Origin: Bacteroidales bacterium
GTDB taxonomy: Bacteria > Bacteroidota > Bacteroidia > Bacteroidales > B39-G9
Assembly (NCBI GenBank): GCA_023133485.1
Contig: JAGLWK010000006.1
Span: forward strand, 12,218-76,217
Direction of reading: 5' to 3'
Length of the DNA stretch: 64,000 bases
Positions 18,823-26,439 of the stretch are shown here, piece by piece (within the stretch, counting starts at the first letter, position 1; the number at the start of each line of letters is the position of its first letter). The translations under genes and the position numbers were made by a program. The notes under the pieces are model-generated. The model made no database searches and had not been told where the DNA came from. It saw nothing but the letters and a program-made list of their open reading frames with translations.

Positions 18823-21800
18823 ATGAAAAAATTATTATTTATTGTTATTTCTTTATTAGTAAATATCTGTTTATTTGCTCAAACTCCCCAATCTTTTAAT
18901 TATCAGACAATTATTAGAAATAGTTCAGGGGAAATCATAGTAAATCAAAATGTGAGCATGCAGATAAGTATATTGTTTGGCAGTATTGATGCAAGTGCTG
19001 TTTATACTGAAACACATCAAGACACAACAAATCAATTTGGATTGATAAACCTTAAAATAGGAGAAGGGACTACAACAGATGACTTTTCTGCAATTGATTG
19101 GGCTAATAATCCTGCTTTCATAAAAATTGAATTAGATATAAATGGTGGAAGCAATTATCAGGAAATGGGAGTATCGCAATTACTTTCAGTGCCTTATGCA
19201 TTATATTCAAAAAATACAGAAAATATTAATGATGCAGATGCTGATCCTGAAAACGAAATTCAGGACTTACAAATAGATGGTAATATTTTATCAATAACTC
19301 TAAATGGTACAGCTACTGAAATTGATTTAAGTCAATATGACCAAAGTGGTATGAATATTAATGATGCAGATGCTGACCCTGAAAACGAAATTCAGGACTT
19401 GCAAATAGATGGTAATATTTTAACAATATCTCTAAATGGTACAGCTACAGAAATTGATTTAAGTTCTTATATTGACAATACTGATAATCAGGAACTTAAC
19501 TTAAGTAATGATACCCTTAGTATTTCAGGCGGAACAAATACTATTGATTTAAGTATATACGACCAAAGTGGTATAAATATTAATGATGCAGATGCTGATA
19601 CAACAAATGAAATTCAAAATTTGGATATTACAGGGAATACCTTGTCAATTACACAGGGAAACTCAATAATAATTCCAACAACCGAAAATGTTTGGAGTTC
19701 TGACGGTAGTAATATCTTTTATAATCAGGGAAATGTTGGAATAGGCTCATTAACACCATCAGGTAGATTAGAGGTAAAAGGAGATGTTACAGGAAGTCCT
19801 GACGATATTTTATTTGGAGTAATAAATAATAATGGTGATACTGTTTTGGCTGTTTATCAGGGAGGAGTAAGAATATATGTTGATACTGCTACATCAAAAG
19901 CTACAGGTAGTAAAGGAGGATTTGCAGTTGGTGGATTTAATGCAGGGAAATCCAATTCAGTTGAATATCTTAGAGTAACTCCGGACAGTGTTAGAATATA
20001 TGTTGATACTGCTTCATCAAAAGCAACCGGTAGTAAAGGAGGTTTTGCTGTAGGTGGTTTGAATGCAGGCAAAACAAATGGACTGGAGTTGTTAAGAGTA
20101 ACAGACGATAGTGTACGTATTTATGTAAAAAATGCTACGTCAAAAGCCACAGGTAGTAAAGGTGGTTTTGCAGTTGGAGGTTTTAATGCAGGAAAATCAG
20201 ATGCTGTTAATTTTTTAGATCTTACACCAAAAAATTATTTAATTGGACACAGAGCTGGTCAGTCAATTACGGATGGAGATTATAATACCTTTTTCGGATA
20301 CGAAAGTGGTATATCAAATACATCAGGATATAATAATGTTTTCCTTGGTTATAATAGTGGATATATGAATACTACTGGTGCGCAAAATATCTTTATCGGC
20401 AAAAATTCTGGATACGATAATATTTCCGGTTTAGGAAATGTTTGTCTTGGTACTTTTACAGGCATGAATCTTGAAAATGCAAATTATAATGTATTTATTG
20501 GCGATGGCGCAGGAAAAACAGACTCTACAGGAAGCAATAATATTTTTATTGGCAGTTCTTCAGGTGCTGATAATTTGATAGGAACAGAAAATATATTTCT
20601 TGGAACAAATTCCGGTATTCATAATATTGATGGGGATAATAATATCTTTATCGGTAATAATTCAGGAAACTTTAACGAACAAGGAGAATATAATACATTT
20701 ATAGGATATAGAAGCGGGTATAAAAATACAACAGGCAACAGAAATCTTTTTCTTGGATATCAATGTGGTCATGAAAATATAATAGGCGACAAAAATCTTT
20801 TTATTGGTTATGAATGTGGTTATGAAAATGATTCTGCAAGTTATAATCAATTTATTGGTTACCAGTGTGGATACAATAATAGATTTGCTAAGTATAATAC
20901 ATTTATCGGATACATGTGTGGTTATTATAATACAGGAATATTAAGTAAACCCGATAGCGGATCTTATAATGTTTTTATCGGAAAACAATGTGGCTATAGT
21001 AATACAATAGGAAACAAAAATGTTTTTCTTGGTTATGAAAGTGGTTATTCAAATACAGATGGAGTTAATAATGTTTTTATAGGTTCAAAAACCGGTAGGA
21101 GTAACACAAGTGGTTTTAATAATGTTTTCCTCGGAAATAATGCAGGATATATGAATACAGAGGGAGACAGAAATGTTTTCCTCGGAAATACTGCAGGTTT
21201 CTCCAATACATCTGCATATCATAATATTTTTATCGGAGAAGCTGCCGGTTATGGTAATAAAGACGGAAGGTATAATATTTTTATTGGCTCAACTGCGGGT
21301 TATTATACCGATTCGGCAAATTCTAATATTTTTATAGGAACTGATGCAGGAGAATCTAATATAAATGGTGCAGGGAATGTTTTTATAGGTCAAGGTGCAG
21401 GAGTTCGTCATAAGGAAGGTGATAATAATGTGTTTCAGGGAATATTTGCAGGATATGAAGACACTTCAGGTGTTTATAATGTTTATATAGGAAACCGTGC
21501 AGGAATGGATAACATAACAGGACAAAGAAATGTTCTTTTAGGATGTTATGCAGGAGGAAATAGTCCAACAGGTAATAAAAATGTTTTTATTGGGAACTTC
21601 GCAGGATATAACGAAACTAATTCTGAGCGATTATATATTGAAAATTCAAGTACTGATTCAACCCAAGCACTTATTTATGGAGAATTTGATAATGATAGCC
21701 TTTGGTTCAATGCCGATGTAAAAATCAAGAATTCATTAAGCGTTGGTGGAAATGTTGGTATTGGCACTGTAACACCAGATAAACTATTACATGTTGCTGG

Positions 21801-22164
21801 TAATGCAAGAATAGAAGGAGACATTTATTGGGGTACAGCAGAAGATATATATATTAAACCAGACTTTGTTTTTAATATTGATTATCAAGATAATTATCAG
21901 ATTCTTGATATTGAAAAATTTATAAAGAAAAATAATCATTTGCCTTGGGTAACTTCAGCCAAAGATGAAAACGATGGAATAAACATGACACGAATGCAGT
22001 TTGAAACACTCGAAGCAGTTGAAAATCTCCAACTACAAGTAATTGAGTTAAAAAAGGAAAATGAAAGGCAAAAAGAACTGATTAATAATTTACAACAGGC
22101 AAATTCCGAAAAGTATAATGAATTAAGACAACTAATTGATGATAAATTTTTCGAAGGTCATTAA
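18823..22164 (+). CDS. giant secreted beta-solenoid repeat protein, tail-fibre-like, HLPW-type C-terminal module (type C)
   Basis: 1113 aa. The N-terminal ~470 aa and C-terminal ~170 aa are near-identical to gene 15066..18749, while the central repeat block is divergent (more Cys/Tyr-containing repeats such as GYQCGYNN). Confidence 0.8.
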   Translation: MKKLLFIVISLLVNICLFAQTPQSFNYQTIIRNSSGEIIVNQNVSMQISILFGSIDASAVYTETHQDTTNQFGLINLKIGEGTTTDDFSAIDWANNPAFIKIELDINGGSNYQEMGVSQLLSVPYALYSKNTENINDADADPENEIQDLQIDGNILSITLNGTATEIDLSQYDQSGMNINDADADPENEIQDLQIDGNILTISLNGTATEIDLSSYIDNTDNQELNLSNDTLSISGGTNTIDLSIYDQSGININDADADTTNEIQNLDITGNTLSITQGNSIIIPTTENVWSSDGSNIFYNQGNVGIGSLTPSGRLEVKGDVTGSPDDILFGVINNNGDTVLAVYQGGVRIYVDTATSKATGSKGGFAVGGFNAGKSNSVEYLRVTPDSVRIYVDTASSKATGSKGGFAVGGLNAGKTNGLELLRVTDDSVRIYVKNATSKATGSKGGFAVGGFNAGKSDAVNFLDLTPKNYLIGHRAGQSITDGDYNTFFGYESGISNTSGYNNVFLGYNSGYMNTTGAQNIFIGKNSGYDNISGLGNVCLGTFTGMNLENANYNVFIGDGAGKTDSTGSNNIFIGSSSGADNLIGTENIFLGTNSGIHNIDGDNNIFIGNNSGNFNEQGEYNTFIGYRSGYKNTTGNRNLFLGYQCGHENIIGDKNLFIGYECGYENDSASYNQFIGYQCGYNNRFAKYNTFIGYMCGYYNTGILSKPDSGSYNVFIGKQCGYSNTIGNKNVFLGYESGYSNTDGVNNVFIGSKTGRSNTSGFNNVFLGNNAGYMNTEGDRNVFLGNTAGFSNTSAYHNIFIGEAAGYGNKDGRYNIFIGSTAGYYTDSANSNIFIGTDAGESNINGAGNVFIGQGAGVRHKEGDNNVFQGIFAGYEDTSGVYNVYIGNRAGMDNITGQRNVLLGCYAGGNSPTGNKNVFIGNFAGYNETNSERLYIENSSTDSTQALIYGEFDNDSLWFNADVKIKNSLSVGGNVGIGTVTPDKLLHVAGNARIEGDIYWGTAEDIYIKPDFVFNIDYQDNYQILDIEKFIKKNNHLPWVTSAKDENDGINMTRMQFETLEAVENLQLQVIELKKENERQKELINNLQQANSEKYNELRQLIDDKFFEGH

Positions 22165-22190
22165 TTGGAAGCTTTAATATAAACTAAAAA

Positions 22191-22220
22191 AGTCCTGATC
22201 GAATAAATCAGGGCTTTTTG
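22191..22220 (+). terminator. intrinsic terminator of the giant-gene array
   Basis: AGTCCTGAT-cgaataa-ATCAGGGCT forms a 9-bp stem (one G-U pair) followed by TTTTTGTTG, 27 nt after the stop at 22164. Confidence 0.65.
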
Positions 22221-22222
22221 TT

Positions 22223-22237
22223 GTGATCCAGCTGGGT
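22223..22237. repeat. attL core (duplicate of tRNA-Lys 3' end)
   Basis: Identical to 41714-41728. The following bases CTTGAACCTGAAT resemble tRNA TTCGAACCCAGGA with mismatches. Confidence 0.75.
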
Positions 22238-22344
22238 CTTGAACCTGAATTGTTGCAACGTTCGTGTTTGTTGTGTTTGTAAAATATTTAAAACTCAATC
22301 GTTAAACAATTGGTAAACATTTGTTGGTTTATTGTTTTTTTTTT

Positions 22345-22889
22345 TTTGATAGCAAAAAACTACCCGGCTAAATCTTGGATTAATTTATTTGATAACAAAT
22401 AAATTAACCGGTTAAAAGTCGATTTTTTATCATATTTTTTATGATAGCAAAAAAAACCCAAGCTCTTTCCGATCTGATTTTTTTTGATAGTAAAATTATT
22501 TTTTATTTAATGATCTTTTTTTATTAGATTTTTTTAATAGTAAAAACTTAATATTCAGTACCGGACCTTTTTAATATTTGATAGCAAAAAGCGCACCGGG
22601 ACAAAAGCCCGATAGAGCTATTTGATAGCAAAACTGTTTTTAATATAATAAGTTCCTGTTCTCATGAGATTAATTGCCGGTATTTTTGATAGTAAAATTA
22701 TTTTTTATTTAATGATCTTTTTTTATTAGATTTTTTTAATAGTAAAAACTTAATATTCAGTACCGGACCTTTTTAATATTTGATAGCAAAAAGCGCACCG
22801 GGACAAAAACTCGATAGAGCTATTTGATAGCAAAACTATTTTTAATATAATAGGATCTTGTGCCCATGAGATTAATTGCCGGTATTTTT
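22345..22889. repeat. array of 12 same-orientation copies of TTTGATAGCAAAA-type 13-mer, including a 202-bp tandem duplication
   Basis: Motif starts are at 22345, 22388, 22440, 22483, 22533, 22577, 22621, 22685, 22735, 22779, 22823 and 22877. Variants are TTTGATAACAAAT, TATGATAGCAAAA, TTTGATAGTAAAA, TTTAATAGTAAAA and TTTAATAGCAAAA. Starts 4-7 repeat as 8-11 exactly 202 bp later. Most spacers contain CCGG. Confidence 0.85.
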
Positions 22890-22904
22890 AATAGCAAAAT
22901 CATT

Positions 22905-23018
22905 TTATATCGTTATAATTCCCAAAAAATGCAAAACCAAAACAATTGCTAAAATAATTAAGCCAATATAAAGGTTTGCTAACAGGTATTTTTTTCGTGA
23001 TGTATAACGCTTTTTCAT
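22905..23018 (-). CDS. 37-aa basic-N-terminus single-TM peptide (not in ORF track)
   Basis: Read on the minus strand it gives MKKRYTSRKKYLLANLYIGLIILAIVLVLHFLGIITI*. Its ATG overlaps the TGA of the upstream ORF as ATGA (23018-23015), which suggests translational coupling. Confidence 0.45.
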   Translation of the reverse strand: MKKRYTSRKKYLLANLYIGLIILAIVLVLHFLGIITI

Positions 23019-23512
23019 TGTTTGTTAAATTCAAGATTATTAGCTTTGTCTTGTAAAATTATAGCATTTGCGTTTTTTATAATGTTTATTATATCTCTTA
23101 AAAGAATTTGGTCAATTTCTATTAATTTATTTTCATTTTCATTTTCGTTTTTCTTTTTAAATACAACATTTCCTTTATCAATTATTTTATTAAATTTATC
23201 AATATCATCAATTAATACTTGTGGGTTTATTTTATTATTTTTATCTGCATAATACATGATTTCTTTTTTTTCATCTTTTAATTCACTATTTTTTAACTTA
23301 TGATTTTTAATAATTAATTTTGATAAATATTCTCCGAAACCTAAAAATTCTTTTATTAAAGGGATTTCAAGAAAACATGGTGAGATGTTTATCTTTATTT
23401 GTATTTCTGCAATTTGAATTTTTTCAATTAACTTATCAACATTAAAATAAAAACCATCAATAAAAACTAATGATGAGTTTTTTAGTTCTGTTATAAAATC
23501 TTTTTTTTTCAT
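23015..23512 (-). CDS. hypothetical protein, second gene of repressor operon
   Basis: 165-aa ORF starting 11 bp after the stop of the XRE gene on the same strand. It has no TM helix and no motif I recognise. Confidence 0.5.
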   Translation of the reverse strand: MKKKDFITELKNSSLVFIDGFYFNVDKLIEKIQIAEIQIKINISPCFLEIPLIKEFLGFGEYLSKLIIKNHKLKNSELKDEKKEIMYYADKNNKINPQVLIDDIDKFNKIIDKGNVVFKKKNENENENKLIEIDQILLRDIINIIKNANAIILQDKANNLEFNKQ

Positions 23513-23523
23513 AATTATTTATT

Positions 23524-23874
23524 TTATTTATTTAAAATTTCAATAATTTCATTTTTTGCTTTTAACAATTCTTTCAAATGTTTGTTTTCTGTTTTTATTT
23601 TTTCTATATCATTATAATTAATATCACCACTTATATTATTTTTATTTCCGTTTACTTTATGACCTAAATCAATATTACCATGTGTGTTGTTTTCAAAAAA
23701 ATAAGCAACTGGCACTTCTAAAACTGCAGCAAATTTTATTAAATACTTGCTTTCCATACTATCTCTTGTAATGCATTTATAAAAATTAGCAGACGACATT
23801 CCAACTTTACCACAAAGTTTTGTAATTGGTATTTTTCTTTTTTCTGCTAATATTTTAATTTTTTTTATACTCAT
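23524..23874 (-). CDS. XRE/cI-like helix-turn-helix transcriptional regulator
   Basis: The N-terminus IKILAEKRKIPITKLCGKVGMSSANFYKCITRDSMESKYLIKFAAVLEVPVAYFF fits the HTH_XRE pattern. It is transcribed divergently from the early operon. Confidence 0.75.
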   Translation of the reverse strand: MSIKKIKILAEKRKIPITKLCGKVGMSSANFYKCITRDSMESKYLIKFAAVLEVPVAYFFENNTHGNIDLGHKVNGNKNNISGDINYNDIEKIKTENKHLKELLKAKNEIIEILNK

Positions 23875-23896
23875 TATCAGTTAGATAGAATAATTG

Positions 23897-23939
23897 TGTA
23901 AAATATAAGTGTCAATTATTTGCAATACTGTAAAATATA
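23897..23939. promoter_or_regulatory. candidate operators in divergent cI/cro-like intergenic region
   Basis: TGTAAAATATA occurs twice (23897-23907 and 23929-23939), 32 bp apart, between the divergent starts at 23874 and 23993. Confidence 0.45.
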
Positions 23940-23992
23940 GTATATACTTGTATTGTTAATATAATAATTATTAATCAAAAATCAAACCAATC

Positions 23993-24265
23993 ATGAAAAC
24001 ATTTAGGCAAATTTACTACTGTTTACCCGAAACCATCCAGACAAATTTTAGAAAAAAGCTTATTGAATTGAGCGGAATATCCATTGCAACCTTTTACAAA
24101 TATCTTGGTGAAAGGTCATCTATCCCAAAGTTGACAAAAAGAGAAATTTTTGAATTGTTAAACATTTACGTCAACGAAGCTATCAACGTATTGGAAGATA
24201 TTAAAGAAAATATTTCAATTAAAGATTTATTTACCGAACCGGTAACTGATGGTGTTGAAGTGTAG
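23993..24265 (+). CDS. small HTH-like early regulator (Cro position)
   Basis: 90 aa. The segment LSGISIATFYKYLGERSSIP looks like a helix-turn-helix. It is the first gene of the rightward operon. Confidence 0.5.
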   Translation: MKTFRQIYYCLPETIQTNFRKKLIELSGISIATFYKYLGERSSIPKLTKREIFELLNIYVNEAINVLEDIKENISIKDLFTEPVTDGVEV

Positions 24266-24299
24266 TTCTAATTAATTAAAAATCATTAAAATTAAAATC

Positions 24300-24647
24300 A
24301 TGGATAAAAAATCATATTTAAAAGAAATCAAGTTGCTTGAAAAAGAATTTGAAGATGAAGTTAAATGTTTTATGGAATTACTTAACAGAGTTAATTCTTC
24401 CGAAAGTATTGGGGCTGATGTTGAATTTTCTTTTTCAATAAAAAAAGATGCTGTTTCAAAAACCTTTAGATACAAAATACATGGTTATGGAGAAAATTAT
24501 TTTGTTAAATTTGATAAGGACGATTATTTCACTTTTGATAGTACAAGAGACTATGAAAGGTGTATTGAGTTTTTGGAAGAAATACGTATTGGGATACAAA
24601 AATTCAAGCAATGTTTTTTATTAGACGAAGGCAAAATCCTTTTATAA
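24300..24647 (+). CDS. hypothetical protein
   Basis: 115-aa ORF tightly packed in the rightward operon. Confidence 0.45.
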   Translation: MDKKSYLKEIKLLEKEFEDEVKCFMELLNRVNSSESIGADVEFSFSIKKDAVSKTFRYKIHGYGENYFVKFDKDDYFTFDSTRDYERCIEFLEEIRIGIQKFKQCFLLDEGKILL

Positions 24648-24662
24648 TTTAAACCCGCACCC

Positions 24663-25013
24663 ATGAAACTAACAAAATCAGAAACCGAAGTCATTGAAGC
24701 AATGGAAGAAAGTCAAAAGTCTTTACGTAAGAAAATTGGTTTAAAACAAAGAATTATTTTAGCATACAAAGCCTTTATGATTGAAAACTACAGATTTCAG
24801 CTACCTTATCAATATTATTGCAAATTGGCATTTAAGGCTTATGAGTGTGATAATAATAGGCGAAAATCAAAATGTAATAATCAGGCAAAGGTTGCTTTAG
24901 CTAATCCGTTCGTTGAAATTAAAATAGAAGAATCTGAACATTTTTATCACGTATGTTTAGAGTGTAGTAAAAAATATATTGGAACTGATGGAGAAGATTT
25001 TGATTTTAATTAA
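24663..25013 (+). CDS. hypothetical protein with Cys-pair (zinc-ribbon-like) motifs
   Basis: 116 aa containing CDNNRRKSKC and CLECSKKY. Its N-terminus MKLTKSETEVIEAM is paralogous to the next ORF. Confidence 0.45.
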   Translation: MKLTKSETEVIEAMEESQKSLRKKIGLKQRIILAYKAFMIENYRFQLPYQYYCKLAFKAYECDNNRRKSKCNNQAKVALANPFVEIKIEESEHFYHVCLECSKKYIGTDGEDFDFN

Positions 25014-25046
25014 AGTAAAATCTTTTTATAATTTAAACTCGCACCC

Positions 25047-25262
25047 ATGCAACTAACAAAATCAGAAAGAGAAATTCTTGAAGCAATGAAAGGAAACTTT
25101 GAATTGCCTTTAATATTTAAAGGAGAAATACTTAAAAACCACCAAAGACATTACAATGCCGTTGATAAATTAAAAGAAAAAGGTTTAGTAATGTTGAACG
25201 ACCAAAACATAATGGTTTTTACAAAAAAGTATGTTGATATGTTTTATAATAATAAGGATTAA
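25047..25262 (+). CDS. hypothetical protein (N-terminal paralog of 24663..25013)
   Basis: 71 aa beginning MQLTKSEREILEAM. Its upstream leader ATAATTTAAAC(C/T)CGCACCC-ATG is duplicated. Confidence 0.45.
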   Translation: MQLTKSEREILEAMKGNFELPLIFKGEILKNHQRHYNAVDKLKEKGLVMLNDQNIMVFTKKYVDMFYNNKD

Positions 25263-25263
25263 G

Positions 25264-25602
25264 TTAATCAGTATTATTTAATATGTTTTCAACTTTAATA
25301 ATCATATAAATTAATCCTATGAAAGACAACAAAGCATACCAACATAATCCTTGCGTTAACCAAAATTGCCAACCAGACCAATCGAATGATTTAAAAATTA
25401 AAAAAGCCGGAGCAATTAAACCAATAGTTATAATGGCAAGGATAACCAATATACTTTGGGCTATATTTTGGGCAAATAGTCTTTTTATGTGCTTAATCCA
25501 CCAAAATATCATAAACGTTAAACTAATAGCAGAGAACATAGTAGTCATAAATGCAATTACAATAAATGTGTTTGTGTTCATTATTTCTTTAATTACGTTC
25601 AT
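25264..25602 (-). CDS. multi-pass membrane protein, antisense to surrounding operon (moron-like)
   Basis: 112 aa with about 4 hydrophobic helices (FIVIAFMTTMFSAISLTFMIFWWI, ILVILAIITIGLIAPAFLIF, LCWYALLSFIGLIYMII). The overlapping + strand ORF 25319..25654 looks spurious. Confidence 0.5.
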   Translation of the reverse strand: MNVIKEIMNTNTFIVIAFMTTMFSAISLTFMIFWWIKHIKRLFAQNIAQSILVILAIITIGLIAPAFLIFKSFDWSGWQFWLTQGLCWYALLSFIGLIYMIIKVENILNNTD

Positions 25603-25670
25603 AAGTTTTTTTATTAATTACCGTATAATACGGTTTTATCCTTTTCACTTTTAACAAATATAACAACTTA

Positions 25671-25928
25671 ATGGAATCAAACACAAACAAATTACCATTC
25701 TATCTAATCAATATTGACAAAACTGTTGCTTTCAAAGTTTATGATAACAATTACATTGAAATTGTTGAACTTAAATCTTTTAAAAACTCAAATCTTTACA
25801 CATATTCACAACAAAAAAATGTAAGTAAAATTATTTTAGAAAAAATCATTAACAGTAACACTATAATTGATGAGTTACAATACGAATTACATAAACACAA
25901 AATTGTTAATGCTTTATTACAAACATAA
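25671..25928 (+). CDS. hypothetical protein
   Basis: 85-aa ORF in the rightward operon. Confidence 0.4.
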   Translation: MESNTNKLPFYLINIDKTVAFKVYDNNYIEIVELKSFKNSNLYTYSQQKNVSKIILEKIINSNTIIDELQYELHKHKIVNALLQT

Positions 25929-25954
25929 TGTTTAACTGATGCAAAAACCCGAAA

Positions 25955-26230
25955 ATGCCATTAGAAGAAACACTTGAAGATATTAAGAATGATTTAAAAA
26001 AGTTACTTAACAATAACGATAATGATAAACTACCTGCATGGTTACCTGAATTATTATTAACACCAGGTCAGCTTGCAGATGTTTTAAAAATTTCGTCTCA
26101 GGAAGTAAGACGTAAAATTAAAACAGGAAAGATAAAATCCGTTTCTCACGGGCCAAAAGAATTTGAGTTACGTGTTAAGTACAAAGATTTTATTGATTAT
26201 TTAAAAACTTTAAACAATACAGATGTTTGA
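25955..26230 (+). CDS. excisionase-type (MerR/HTH_17-like) DNA-binding protein
   Basis: LLTPGQLADVLKISSQEVRRKIKTGKIKSV matches the short winged-HTH excisionase pattern. Confidence 0.55.
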   Translation: MPLEETLEDIKNDLKKLLNNNDNDKLPAWLPELLLTPGQLADVLKISSQEVRRKIKTGKIKSVSHGPKEFELRVKYKDFIDYLKTLNNTDV

Positions 26231-26405
26231 TATTCTTAAAAAATCCGTCCATGGTAAACCATTTATATACGATAACAAGCTATATAAAATAGTAATTATC
26301 AAAAAGGAAACTCTTGTTATTGAAAGGTCAGTTGTTAACGGACTTATCAGGCATGAATTACCTATAAATAAAATTACTCAATTAAAAATTTTCACAATCA
26401 AATAA
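26223..26405 (+). CDS. hypothetical protein
   Basis: 60-aa ORF overlapping the previous stop by 8 nt. Confidence 0.35.
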   Translation: MFDILKKSVHGKPFIYDNKLYKIVIIKKETLVIERSVVNGLIRHELPINKITQLKIFTIK

Positions 26406-26439
26406 ATATGTTACATATAAAAACTTTTTTCTGTGTTGT

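Noticed and set aside
4411-22164. Diversity-generating retroelement (near-identical template/variable-like repeats among giant genes)
   Set aside because: No reverse transcriptase or accessory gene is present in the window. Differences between paralogs are not adenine-specific as far as I can see. Segmental duplication and recombination explain the pattern.
22238-22322. A second, degraded integrase gene at the left end
   Set aside because: Only 25 bp (the start codon plus 7 codons) match the integrase, followed by an immediate stop. There is no further integrase-like reading frame, so this is treated as an arm repeat rather than a pseudogene.
22345-22889. Possible CRISPR array (regularly spaced direct repeats)
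   Set aside because: The conserved unit is only 13 bp and AT-rich. The spacers are themselves duplicated (202-bp tandem repeat) and share CCGG words. There are no cas genes in the window, and the motif recurs singly at regulatory positions inside the element.
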